From a virus, in IMG/VR virus record IMGVR_UViG_3300025865_000006, positions 1-64,000 of that record: a stretch of DNA of 64,000 bases; one strand, 5' to 3'. A program made the translations under genes and the position numbers. Within the stretch, counting starts at the first letter, position 1. Each line of letters starts with the position of its first letter. The notes beneath the pieces were generated by a model. The model was not told the DNA's origin. It saw nothing but the letters and a program-made list of their open reading frames with translations, and made no database searches. This document shows, in pieces, positions 37,310 through 46,646 of the stretch.

Positions 37310-38409
37310 TGAAAAGATTAGATCAATTAGCCAAAGGAATTTCTAACACACGAAAAGAAGCAGCTTTAAATACAAGGCAGTATCAGACTAATTTTCCACT
37401 TGTAGAAAGAAAACTTGACATACTATCAAATAATAATAGCTATACTTTAGAATTTCCTCTGACCAAAACCAACCATTCCGCACTTCTTACCATAAATATA
37501 AAACCAGATAATTGCTGTGAGTGTGAGCCGGGAGCCGCAACAACGGGCAGAGATTGCGAAGGTTACTTTAAGGCGGAATCATTTGGACCCCCTGATGCAC
37601 TGGATTACGAGTTTAATAAGCCCTATCCAGCTATATACGAAGGGGATGCTACTCCTGCTTGGGAATATAACGTATGGGAGCCTACAACAACTAGAACTCA
37701 TATGGGGCTAATTCAAACAGGAGCTAATTTTAACTACGGGTATCAAAGTCCCTTTGTTGTTCCTATATATCAGCCTTTTGATGATATTGCAGGCTACTCT
37801 ATTGCCCCTAATGGAAGGATAAAAATACCAACTGATGGTGTCTACTCAGTTTTGTTCCAGTGTACCATAGGGGGAACAGCTATGAGTGACGCAGCCTTCT
37901 TTACTCAGTCAATTAGGGTAGATCGCTCAGATGCTTATCCCCTTATAGAAACCTTATCAAAAAAGATTTACTCGGTAGCCAATAATAAGCTTTCTTTTCC
38001 TACTAACTCTATTCTATACGCTACGTGCGTTAATCTCTATCAAGGCGATACAGTAGCGGGCTGGGTAGAAATTAATGATATTGCTGGATTTTCTGTTGGC
38101 TCCGGCTGGGGGGACGAGCAAAATAATACCCATATTAATTTGCTAGGAGTAGGTTATGGTTATTTAATAGGGCATGTTTACGATATAGCTAGTGGTACCC
38201 CATTAACGGGGGTAGCTATGTCATTTAGTAATCTGTTTGGTGGTCACGCTACAACAGATGAGTTTGGAGGTTATGGTTTTTATAGCCTAGCCCCCGGAAC
38301 GTACTCTGTTACAGCAACTTATGATGGCTACATAACCCAAACACAGTCAGCAACAGTTAGTTTTAATAATATAACAGAGTTAGATTATAACCTTACAGGG
38401 GGTGGTTAA
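37309..38409 (+). CDS. tail tip protein, paralogue 3, C1q-like plus carboxypeptidase-regulatory-like domain
   Basis: GRIKIPTDGVYSV; TTDEFGGYGFYSLAPGTYSVTATYDGY. Confidence 0.65.
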   Translation: MKRLDQLAKGISNTRKEAALNTRQYQTNFPLVERKLDILSNNNSYTLEFPLTKTNHSALLTINIKPDNCCECEPGAATTGRDCEGYFKAESFGPPDALDYEFNKPYPAIYEGDATPAWEYNVWEPTTTRTHMGLIQTGANFNYGYQSPFVVPIYQPFDDIAGYSIAPNGRIKIPTDGVYSVLFQCTIGGTAMSDAAFFTQSIRVDRSDAYPLIETLSKKIYSVANNKLSFPTNSILYATCVNLYQGDTVAGWVEINDIAGFSVGSGWGDEQNNTHINLLGVGYGYLIGHVYDIASGTPLTGVAMSFSNLFGGHATTDEFGGYGFYSLAPGTYSVTATYDGYITQTQSATVSFNNITELDYNLTGGG

Positions 38410-38677
38410 TTTGGCCTATCCGAGTGGCTTGAAAATATACATTGATGGTCAAGATGCAACTTATTTCCTTTTTAATTCTAATACGTTTAATCCTACATCA
38501 GAGAGAAACATTCTTCGTGATATAAACATAACCGCGTTCTTACGAAAGGCTACTTCTCCTATGAAGATAAAGGATCGTAATTATAAAGGGGACGCTGGAA
38601 ATTCCTCTGTACACACAATCGAGATTACTGCTGAGGATGGAAACGGCCGCGTGGAATGTCGTGTTGAAGTTAGGTAG
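38402..38677 (+). CDS. small tail tip protein
   Basis: IYIDG...DINIT...HTIEIT. Confidence 0.55.
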   Translation: MVNLAYPSGLKIYIDGQDATYFLFNSNTFNPTSERNILRDINITAFLRKATSPMKIKDRNYKGDAGNSSVHTIEITAEDGNGRVECRVEVR

Positions 38678-38690
38678 GTAATGTGATACA

Positions 38691-38885
38691 ATGATTAAGT
38701 GGCAAATAGCGTCATCAATGGACCGAGACTATATACTTGAACTGGCAAAGTCCAAGGGGTGGCTTGAACAGCCTCCTAGGGTACAGGTAAAGAGGATACG
38801 GATGGATGAAGTATGGTGGGTAATAGAGCCTTATGAAGATGACTGCAACTGCCCTGATCTTGTTTATCCGGGGAGTTATGCATGA
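38691..38885 (+). CDS. hypothetical protein
   Basis: ATGA overlap with next gene. Confidence 0.6.
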   Translation: MIKWQIASSMDRDYILELAKSKGWLEQPPRVQVKRIRMDEVWWVIEPYEDDCNCPDLVYPGSYA

Positions 38886-40084
38886 GTGGTTTAAAAATTC
38901 TGTGGGTGGGTGATTCGCCTACAGTCAACACAGGCTTTGGGGTTGTTAGTAAAAATATACTAAAACAATTACATAATAGGGGATACAAAATTACCTGCCT
39001 CGCGGTGAATCACCACGGAGAACCATACAATAGGGAAGAATTCCCTTATGATATTCACCCATGTGAGAGTGGCGGGGGACCAGAAGGGATATATGGTATG
39101 AACAGGTTGTGGCATATACTGCCCCAAGTTCAGCCAGATTTACTATTCCTATTCAATGACCCTTGGATTATTCGTAGTTACTTAGAGCATCGTCCTGACA
39201 ATATCTCTGCCCCCTACTTGAAGACCGTGGGCTACTATCCCGTAGATGCTGGCCCAATAAAGCCTGACACAGCCCGTTTACTAAGCGAAGAATTAGATGC
39301 TCAGGTCTGTTACTCCCACTATGCCGAAAGAATTATCATAGAGGCAAATGATGGGAAGCGTCCAGATAATCTTCATCAAGTATATCATGGGGTAGATACC
39401 AAAGTTTATCGCCCCCTTAATCAACAAGCTGTTAGAGAAGAGTTAGGAATTCCCCTCGATTCGTGGGTTGTTGGAATGGTAGCAAGGAATCAGTATCGCA
39501 AGAGGTTTGATATCCTTATAAGTGCCTTCGCAAAGTTTGCCAAGGACAAGGATGATGCTAGACTATACTTACATACGGTGCTATCAGATGTAGGTTATGA
39601 TATCAACGACTTAATAAATCAGTTTAAGATAGGGGGTAAAGTCATACTTACACAAGGTATGAACTCTCCTGCTAAGGGTGTGTCAGATACCGAGTTGAAT
39701 CTTATCTATAATTCCTTCGATGCTAACGCACTGATCAGTCTTGGAGACGGTTTTGGACTTCCAGTAGCCGAGAGTATGGCCGTTGGATGCCCACAAATCG
39801 TAAGTGACCATTCATGTTTGAAAGAGTTAGTAGAGGGTCATGGCGGAATTACCGTTAAGAACGCTGCTTGGTTACTCCACACTGCCGGAATAAATACTTG
39901 GGGTGGGGTAACAGATGAAGATGATCTTGTGGCTAAGTTAGAGTGGGCTTATAGCCATAGAGATATTATGAGAAAGTACGGAGAAGAGGGGTACAAATTT
40001 ATTATGAAAGATCAATTTAATTGGAACGAAATAGGGGATAAATTCGATTCTATAATCAAGAATCTATTCCACATTATAAATTAG
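38882..40084 (+). CDS. GT4 glycosyltransferase
   Basis: WVGDSP..TGFG, YHGVD, ARNQYRKRFD, DGFGLPVAESMAVGCP. Confidence 0.9.
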   Translation: MSGLKILWVGDSPTVNTGFGVVSKNILKQLHNRGYKITCLAVNHHGEPYNREEFPYDIHPCESGGGPEGIYGMNRLWHILPQVQPDLLFLFNDPWIIRSYLEHRPDNISAPYLKTVGYYPVDAGPIKPDTARLLSEELDAQVCYSHYAERIIIEANDGKRPDNLHQVYHGVDTKVYRPLNQQAVREELGIPLDSWVVGMVARNQYRKRFDILISAFAKFAKDKDDARLYLHTVLSDVGYDINDLINQFKIGGKVILTQGMNSPAKGVSDTELNLIYNSFDANALISLGDGFGLPVAESMAVGCPQIVSDHSCLKELVEGHGGITVKNAAWLLHTAGINTWGGVTDEDDLVAKLEWAYSHRDIMRKYGEEGYKFIMKDQFNWNEIGDKFDSIIKNLFHIIN

Positions 40085-40087
40085 GGG

Positions 40088-40894
40088 GTGAAAAGTATGG
40101 TTCAAGCAAAAAATATTTTAGACAGATCGGCGCAGTTTCAATGGGATAGTGATTCTAATTGTAAAAGCACTAATTGTCGCCCTACTTCAGAAGCTATGAT
40201 AGCAGGGTACTATAAAGATACACATATTTCTCCTAACAGTATGCGACAAGCTATGGGCTATTCTAGCTGTGGCGGAACAGATACGGTCCACGGAGTAGCA
40301 GGATTGCAGCATTTTGGTGTTACTGCTTCATGGGGGCAATTAACATCTGCACAAGTTATATCCAAGGTTAATCAAAATATTCCTGTAGATTTAGCGGTAC
40401 TGTATAGCAAGATTCCAAGAAGCTATGTACAGGATACAGGTTTCTATGGACTACATTCAGTAGTCGCGTGTAAAAGGGCACTCTCAGGAACAACATATGG
40501 GTTGTTTGTTCGTGATCCTGATAGATGGGGTACGGGACAGGTAGACCACGTATTTTGGCCAGATAGTATCTGGATACCAGCATTTGCTGGTTCTAATTAT
40601 GTAGCAGTGTGGCCTAATAATACTAAGGTAATTACAGTAGCTACAGCAGCAAATTATAAGTTAACTATAGCTGCTAATACAAATGTAATGTTTGCAAGTT
40701 TAGGTACAGGAGGATGCATATCAGGGTGGTCTTATTATAAATGGGGACCAACTGCAAGTGCTGCACCAGCACAAGCACCTATAGTTAGAAAAGGATGCTC
40801 ATCTGGTAGCGCCACTACAGCTTACGTAACAGCGGGAGTATTCGCAGGAAAGCATGTAAGAATTGGTAATGGAACTAATATAGTAAAAATATAA
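40088..40894 (+). CDS. C39-like cysteine peptidase, putative endolysin
   Basis: Q...NCRPTS, HSVV, VRDP; adjacent to holin. Confidence 0.65.
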   Translation: MKSMVQAKNILDRSAQFQWDSDSNCKSTNCRPTSEAMIAGYYKDTHISPNSMRQAMGYSSCGGTDTVHGVAGLQHFGVTASWGQLTSAQVISKVNQNIPVDLAVLYSKIPRSYVQDTGFYGLHSVVACKRALSGTTYGLFVRDPDRWGTGQVDHVFWPDSIWIPAFAGSNYVAVWPNNTKVITVATAANYKLTIAANTNVMFASLGTGGCISGWSYYKWGPTASAAPAQAPIVRKGCSSGSATTAYVTAGVFAGKHVRIGNGTNIVKI

Positions 40895-40908
40895 GGTGGT
40901 GATATATT

Positions 40909-41241
40909 ATGCCAAGTTTATTTGGCTGGTTAGATTCAATTCCGTGGTGGAGAGATTTATCTTATCCTGTCAAGGGTGCGCTACTAAGGGCACTAAAATC
41001 AGGTCTATCAGTAATTGTAGGAATTCTTTTAGCAGCAGCAACGGGTGGAGTACTATTTCCTGTAACATATAGTCCTTTAATAGTTTTAGTTGTTACAATG
41101 GTTCTACAATCTATTGATAAATTCTTACGAGAGACACAGGTTGTAAATGAGGTTAAGGCAACAGATTCGACTTTGGGACCCGTAGTGGGGGAGAATACTG
41201 TGGTTAACACGGATGCTACTGTGGTTACACCAAAAGTCTAA
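40909..41241 (+). CDS. putative holin
   Basis: 110 aa, two hydrophobic helices, end of late operon. Confidence 0.65.
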   Translation: MPSLFGWLDSIPWWRDLSYPVKGALLRALKSGLSVIVGILLAAATGGVLFPVTYSPLIVLVVTMVLQSIDKFLRETQVVNEVKATDSTLGPVVGENTVVNTDATVVTPKV

Positions 41242-41257
41242 GGGGAATTAATTATTG

Positions 41258-41286
41258 TTGAACTAATCCCTACAGATTGCTATACT
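41258..41286 (+). promoter_or_regulatory. sigma70-type promoter
   Basis: TTGAAC-17-TATACT with TG extension. Confidence 0.7.
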
Positions 41287-41330
41287 GTGCAATATAGAGC
41301 AGAGTAACACTACTCTGTACAGGATAAAGA

Positions 41331-41371
41331 GAGGTTCTTATATATAAATATATATAGGGGCCTCCTTTTTT
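41331..41371 (+). terminator. terminator-like hairpin with (TA)n core
   Basis: GAGGTTCTTATATA.../...TATATAGGGGCCTC + CTTTTTT. Confidence 0.6.
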
Positions 41372-41490
41372 CCAAATCTGACCGTGAAAGAAGGTGATGC
41401 GATTGACTTGAACCTCGCCCCGCGCAAAGTGTACTATCCAAAGGAAGCCCCGGCTAGTGGGCCAAATGATCAGCTAAAGGAGACAGCGTA

Positions 41491-42243
41491 ATGTCATTCT
41501 CAGACGAACTACAAACAAAATCTTTCGATGAAACTAGAAAGCGCACAGGCGCTCAGTATGTAAAGTTTACCGAAGACCACCGTACTGTCCTACGTATTCT
41601 TGATACACATGCAAGAACCGTATGGAAGCATTGGATTGGAGAAGCCAATGGTGGCAGGGGCATGATGGCAAACTGCCCAAATACTCCGAGTAACCGTATC
41701 TGTCCGGTATGTAAGCAGATTGATGGGCTATCAAATGATGATCCTACCAAGATGGAGCGTAAGGCAAAGCGTCGATTTATTGTTAACGCATTAGACAGAA
41801 CTCCAACCACAGTATGTACCTCCTGTAATACAGTTGTATCTGGAAAGGTTTGCTCTAACTGCCAAGCCAATCTTAAGAAGAACGATTTTGTTCCGCTGAA
41901 CAAGATCAAGATTCTTGAAGGTGGACCGAACCTATTTAACCAGACACTTAATGCTGTTGAAAAGATTCAGGCTGAGGATTTTGAGGTTGATATCACCGGC
42001 TATGATATTAATTTCACATCTACTGGTAAGTTGCGTGATCGAAAGATTGCCGCGCTGCCACAAAGTCCGTCTGAATTGTCAGAGGATGCATTAAATGATC
42101 CCGAGACAGATGAGCCGCAGAAGATTTATGATCTTGATTTACTTTCAGAGCCTACTCCTGTGGAAGAGATTGAAGCCATGTTGCGTGGTGCAACAATGGA
42201 CGAACTAAACGCTCTCCGTGGAGTGGTACCGACTCCTTTCTAA
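41491..42243 (+). CDS. single-stranded DNA-binding protein (gp32-like)
   Basis: VLRIL, KHW, CPVC, RFIVNALDR, GYDI, acidic tail ending PF. Confidence 0.75.
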   Translation: MSFSDELQTKSFDETRKRTGAQYVKFTEDHRTVLRILDTHARTVWKHWIGEANGGRGMMANCPNTPSNRICPVCKQIDGLSNDDPTKMERKAKRRFIVNALDRTPTTVCTSCNTVVSGKVCSNCQANLKKNDFVPLNKIKILEGGPNLFNQTLNAVEKIQAEDFEVDITGYDINFTSTGKLRDRKIAALPQSPSELSEDALNDPETDEPQKIYDLDLLSEPTPVEEIEAMLRGATMDELNALRGVVPTPF

Positions 42244-42256
42244 TTAGAGGCTAGCC

Positions 42257-42640
42257 ATGACAGAGGATACAAAAAAATCTCTGTCACAATGGCGCTTTGA
42301 GATAAAAAGATTTGGAAAGCCTATTTGGAGTAAGTTCTATACTTCCCAAGTAGGCTTTCCAGTATCTAATTATCCTAGATTCTATCAGGCTCTTAATCGT
42401 TATGGGGAATCTATTCTCTTTGAGGCAATCCTATCTTCATCTGATCGTACCTTTGATAATGATCCTTTAGCCTACGTGCTAAAGGTAGCGTTTAATAAGT
42501 GGAAAGAGGCAGAGGATGAGGCGGATGCTAGTGAGGAATACGAAGAGGAAATAACCAAGGCAAAGAAAGAGAGCCGTCGCCAAAGTGACGCATTACAGAA
42601 GAGATTAGAGAAGGCGCGGAGAGTGAAGAGTGATAAATAA
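42257..42640 (+). CDS. hypothetical, possible DnaD-like replication protein
   Basis: PLAYVLKVAFNKW; upstream of DnaB. Confidence 0.45.
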   Translation: MTEDTKKSLSQWRFEIKRFGKPIWSKFYTSQVGFPVSNYPRFYQALNRYGESILFEAILSSSDRTFDNDPLAYVLKVAFNKWKEAEDEADASEEYEEEITKAKKESRRQSDALQKRLEKARRVKSDK

Positions 42641-42860
42641 GTATGACCCATCGGATTGCCCCAAATGTGGTGATTGGCGTGACGGTCCACAATCTGATTG
42701 TGCTAATTGCGGTTATCATGGGCACCGTGCTTCCGAAGAGGATGATCGTGGTGGAGCAATGGACGCAAAGTGTATTGATTGTGGAGTAGTAATTTGGCGT
42801 TCAGGCTTTGGGCTTGTTGGTCCGTGGAGGGTAAAAATTGATAAACGAGATACCATTTAA
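42630..42860 (+). CDS. small zinc-finger protein
   Basis: Three CxxC pairs. Confidence 0.6.
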   Translation: MINKYDPSDCPKCGDWRDGPQSDCANCGYHGHRASEEDDRGGAMDAKCIDCGVVIWRSGFGLVGPWRVKIDKRDTI

Positions 42861-44139
42861 CGAAGAGATGGAGCGGGCATTAGTTGTAGGCGTGTTACAA
42901 GACCCTTTGATCCTCCCGAAGATTATAACAGTAGTATCATCGGATGATTTCTTTAAAGAAGTCCACAGAGAAATATTTCGGGCTATAGAAAATAGCGAAA
43001 CAATAGATTCTCTTACCATAAAGAACGCATTGAAGCCAGAGACAAAAGAATACTTTCAGAAGTTAGTAGACAATGCAGATAGGTTGCTTCCCAATATTTC
43101 TAATATCTTCTATTACGCAGAAGAAATCCGGGGCAAGTCAAGGTTACGATCTGGTATCGAATTGGGTAGGCAGATAGCAACCTTGTGCTATGAGGAAGCA
43201 TCATCCGAAGAGGCGATGCACAAGTTAGAGGAAATGTTCTCATCATTCTTGTCACGTCAGGTAGTTAGCGACTACTTAGTGTCTACTAAGGAAGCGTTTG
43301 TCGAGTTTACAAAAGAGATTCACGAAAGAATTAAGAAGAAGGCTACGGGTATTGAGACAGGGTTTAATCAGATTGACCTGTTAATCAACAGACTAGAAGA
43401 TTTAGTAATCCTAGCAGCCCGGCCCGGAATGGGAAAAACAGCACTAGCAATCAACATCGCTAGAAATGTAGCAGTAAGTAAATCTGTTCTGTTCTTTTCA
43501 TTAGAGCAGTCTAGGGACCAGATATTTGAAAGAATTCTGGCAGCGGAATCAGAAGTAAATCATGAGGACATTAGAACTGGTGCATTTATTGCTGAACCGA
43601 AGGATAAAGAGAAGGTAGAGAAGGCGCAGGAAGCGCTCCTAAAGGTATTCGAAAGAATACATGTAGACGATAAGCCCGGCGTTAACGCCGCGTATATTGC
43701 CTCAGTTGCTAGACAAAAGAAGTATGAGTGGGGAGAGATAGGATTAATCATTGTTGACTATCTCCATATCATGCGCATGAGCGATAAGTTAAACACGGTA
43801 GAGGCTCTTGGAGAGGCTACTAAAGACCTTCGCAATCTAGGTAAGGAACTAGGTTGTCCGGTCTTGCTACTTGCACAGTTATCACGTCAGAATGAGAACC
43901 GGGAAGTTAATAAGAAACCTAATAAGCGGCCACAACTGTCAGACTTACGTGCTTCGGGTGAAATCGAACAGACAGCAGACATTGTAATGTTTCTCTATCG
44001 AGATAGTTACTATGATCTAGCAGGGATGGGTCCAGAAGATGACTCAATGGAAGTCATCGTGCAGAAGCATAGGAATGGACGCACAGGTATAGCAACAATT
44101 AGATGGCTTCCTCGCTTTGTCTTGTTTAAAGACTTTTAA
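42838..44139 (+). CDS. dnaB: replicative DNA helicase
   Basis: AARPGMGKT, FSLEQ, IVDYL, AQLSR, LSDLRASGEIEQTAD, KHRNG. Confidence 0.95.
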   Translation: MINEIPFNEEMERALVVGVLQDPLILPKIITVVSSDDFFKEVHREIFRAIENSETIDSLTIKNALKPETKEYFQKLVDNADRLLPNISNIFYYAEEIRGKSRLRSGIELGRQIATLCYEEASSEEAMHKLEEMFSSFLSRQVVSDYLVSTKEAFVEFTKEIHERIKKKATGIETGFNQIDLLINRLEDLVILAARPGMGKTALAINIARNVAVSKSVLFFSLEQSRDQIFERILAAESEVNHEDIRTGAFIAEPKDKEKVEKAQEALLKVFERIHVDDKPGVNAAYIASVARQKKYEWGEIGLIIVDYLHIMRMSDKLNTVEALGEATKDLRNLGKELGCPVLLLAQLSRQNENREVNKKPNKRPQLSDLRASGEIEQTADIVMFLYRDSYYDLAGMGPEDDSMEVIVQKHRNGRTGIATIRWLPRFVLFKDF

Positions 44140-44150
44140 CGAGGTAGATT

Positions 44151-44792
44151 ATGTATAATAAAAATCAAAGGGTAAGGAAGCAGTATAAGTGCAGTATATG
44201 TAGTAAGGTATATTACCGATGGCAAGCAATGTGTTCTGCTTGTAAGAAGGCAGGAACATTAGAAGTTGATAATCAGATTGTTCCTAAAGTTAAAGCATCT
44301 CCATCACAAAGATCATTGATACGAAGATCAAAGCAGTCGGAGCGTGATATTGGTAAGAGAATGCTGGATGCCGATGGGCCTGATCCTATGTTCTCTAAGA
44401 TTGCCTCTTCTACAGGAAGGGTAGGGCACATTACAAGCCTTAGATTTGATACTGTTTCTAGGACATACGCAACAGAGAATAAGAATAGGAAGTTACCTGT
44501 CTGGCTAATTAAAGCATGGATACTGATCCAACAACGGGCACACGATTTTAATAAGAACGCTCTGCTACATATAGAGCCACCTAACCTTCCAAAAACTGTT
44601 CCCATTAATGGGCAGCAGCTAAAGATGGGAAATATGGCTATCATAACTCAGGAGCATCATGAAGAATTAATACACCATGAACAGGCACTAGCAGCAGTGA
44701 TAGGGATTTTACAGGAAGAAACATCTTCACTTAACGACAAGTTCTCTAGGATCACCGGCTACCTATTAACTAGCGACCATCTAAAGAAATAA
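44151..44792 (+). CDS. RadA-type zinc ribbon fused to putative PD-(D/E)XK resolvase
   Basis: YKCSICSKVYYRWQAMCSACKKAGTL; SKQSERDI...FD...ENKNR. Confidence 0.55.
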   Translation: MYNKNQRVRKQYKCSICSKVYYRWQAMCSACKKAGTLEVDNQIVPKVKASPSQRSLIRRSKQSERDIGKRMLDADGPDPMFSKIASSTGRVGHITSLRFDTVSRTYATENKNRKLPVWLIKAWILIQQRAHDFNKNALLHIEPPNLPKTVPINGQQLKMGNMAIITQEHHEELIHHEQALAAVIGILQEETSSLNDKFSRITGYLLTSDHLKK

Positions 44793-44800
44793 ATCGGGAG

Positions 44801-44829
44801 TTGCATTGTACGCCCTGTTCTGCTAGAAT
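44801..44829 (+). promoter_or_regulatory. sigma70-type promoter
   Basis: TTGCAT-17-TAGAAT with TG extension. Confidence 0.6.
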
Positions 44830-44869
44830 AGGGGGAGCCAGAAAGGGCAAAGAAGAAAAGGAGCAGCAA

Positions 44870-45031
44870 ATGAAAGAAGACGATAGCAGGGTTATCGTAT
44901 TGCTTGATGACTTGCTACACGACCTGAGGTACCAGATCAATGCAGCCGATAGCGGCGATGTGATCCGGCTAATTTCAACACTGGAGAATTTTTTCGCAGA
45001 TATTCTAGCTACGCTTAACGAAAGGACGTGA
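44870..45031 (+). CDS. hypothetical protein
   Basis: AAGGAG RBS before ATG 44870. Confidence 0.6.
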   Translation: MKEDDSRVIVLLDDLLHDLRYQINAADSGDVIRLISTLENFFADILATLNERT

Positions 45032-45032
45032 A

Positions 45033-45263
45033 ATGAAATACAAAGCTGATATTGAAGTTGGAAATATATTTGGTTGGGCGGATGAAAAACGTCCCATGAT
45101 CTTTATAAAGAAGGGAAATCACATACTTATTCATGATGGATACTTTCTTGCACGTAAGCGCCCCCTACGTTGGTGGCACGTAGCATCTTGGTATCGTGTA
45201 TGCAAAGCCCTTTGGAAGATGCCTTTTGTGGAGGAAAGCAAGCCACTAAAGAGGGGGGTATAA
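45033..45263 (+). CDS. hypothetical protein
   Basis: Tight operon packing. Confidence 0.6.
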   Translation: MKYKADIEVGNIFGWADEKRPMIFIKKGNHILIHDGYFLARKRPLRWWHVASWYRVCKALWKMPFVEESKPLKRGV

Positions 45264-45398
45264 ATGGAGCACATTAGGTTCGGAGACTATATTGGCAGAA
45301 TGCTGCACTACTTCAAAGGGGATATCCGTTTCTATGGTGTTATCACAAGCAAGTGGGGCTTTGGCGCTATTCATTGGATACGAAAGGATGATGAATGA
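45264..45398 (+). CDS. 44-aa hypothetical protein
   Basis: GAGGGGG RBS; fills gap; ATGA overlap. Confidence 0.55.
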   Translation: MEHIRFGDYIGRMLHYFKGDIRFYGVITSKWGFGAIHWIRKDDE

Positions 45399-45715
45399 AG
45401 ATAGTTTATATTGCTCATGCCCTAAGTGGAGCATGGGATGAAGGTATTTTAGCAGCCAAGCAGTATGCTTTACGAGCAGCGGTTCTTGGGTACATGCCTA
45501 TTGCTCCCTACATTCTTATGGACGGCGTTTTGGATGACACGGATATACAGGATAGAAACCTTGGGATGCAGTTAGATTTAAAGCAACTTACAAACTGCGA
45601 AGAAATCTGGCTCTGTGGGGAAAGAATTAGTAATGGTATGGAGAAGGAGCAAGAGTTAGCAGCCCTAATACATCTTACAGAAAAGAGATTTCTTAGCCCA
45701 TCGGAGTGTGTATGA
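45395..45715 (+). CDS. nucleoside 2-deoxyribosyltransferase-like protein (DUF4406-like)
   Basis: VYIAHAL, PIAPY, CEEIWLCG, SNGMEKE. Confidence 0.7.
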   Translation: MKIVYIAHALSGAWDEGILAAKQYALRAAVLGYMPIAPYILMDGVLDDTDIQDRNLGMQLDLKQLTNCEEIWLCGERISNGMEKEQELAALIHLTEKRFLSPSECV

Positions 45716-45924
45716 AAATCTGCGAAGACTTTTGGGATGAGTTTCTTGTTACAGCGAAGATGCTGTATTACATCGATAAGGAAGCAGAGGTCTATGACGT
45801 ATTCGAATTTATCCGCTCTCACCAGCAGGGTGCAAGTCCCTACGGTGTAAACTTTCTAAAGCGGATCGATGGGGAGATTGAGAAAGAGGAAGGACCATTT
45901 GAATATCACGGACTTATGGGATGA
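45712..45924 (+). CDS. hypothetical protein
   Basis: ATGA overlap. Confidence 0.55.
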   Translation: MKICEDFWDEFLVTAKMLYYIDKEAEVYDVFEFIRSHQQGASPYGVNFLKRIDGEIEKEEGPFEYHGLMG

Positions 45925-46192
45925 GGTAGAGACTTATCTTAGGCAAGTGAATGTGCATGAGGATGGAGAACACGTGTGGACTAACTACCAGAACGTGGTA
46001 GCCATTATCATGCGCCTACAGGAGATACACAATCAACTAGCACTAATGGAAGTAAAGAGTGAATCTACTGTAGAGATTAAAAGGTTTCGCACTATGATCG
46101 TTGATCCAACCATAGAACGTTTGGAAAAGGTAGCAGCGTTTGAGTCCCGCAAAATGACGGGCAAATCAATTGAAGCACAGTTAGAAAGGTAA
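45869..46192 (+). CDS. hypothetical helical protein
   Basis: Operon packing; start uncertain. Confidence 0.6.
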   Translation: MGRLRKRKDHLNITDLWDEVETYLRQVNVHEDGEHVWTNYQNVVAIIMRLQEIHNQLALMEVKSESTVEIKRFRTMIVDPTIERLEKVAAFESRKMTGKSIEAQLER

Positions 46193-46196
46193 AGAA

Positions 46197-46454
46197 ATGC
46201 AAACAGCCATGCGGAACACGGATCGAGTAGTTGTTGAAATGGATACCGCCAGTCGTTATAGCTATGTTATCAAGAAGCCAGTTGTTCGGGTAGAAATTTT
46301 AGACCTAGAAACAGGTTTACATGCTAATGGTAATGCTCGGTGTACTCCCGATGATGATTGGGACGAAGATTTTGGTATTAGCCTTGCTACTACACGGGCA
46401 ACTAAGCGGCTTTGTGGTAAGCAGGAAAAGTATTTAGTGCGAAGTACAGACTAG
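46197..46454 (+). CDS. hypothetical phage protein
   Basis: GNARCTPDDDWDEDFGISLA, a common phage small-protein motif. Confidence 0.7.
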   Translation: MQTAMRNTDRVVVEMDTASRYSYVIKKPVVRVEILDLETGLHANGNARCTPDDDWDEDFGISLATTRATKRLCGKQEKYLVRSTD

Positions 46455-46457
46455 GAG

Positions 46458-46646
46458 ATGCTGTTTATGGCGAGGGAATTATCCAAGACTAAGATTGGCA
46501 AGCATTCTATGAATGCTTTTAGACTTACAAGCTTGGCTGGCCAATTAGGTCGCCAAGGGGTAAAAGGGCCGGTGGAATTATTTGATAAGGCGTCTAAGCC
46601 CCCTCGTCCAAAGAAGAAAAGAACGCCTAGGGCGAGGGCTAACTAA
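46458..46646 (+). CDS. basic hypothetical protein
   Basis: Operon packing. Confidence 0.55.
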   Translation: MLFMARELSKTKIGKHSMNAFRLTSLAGQLGRQGVKGPVELFDKASKPPRPKKKRTPRARAN

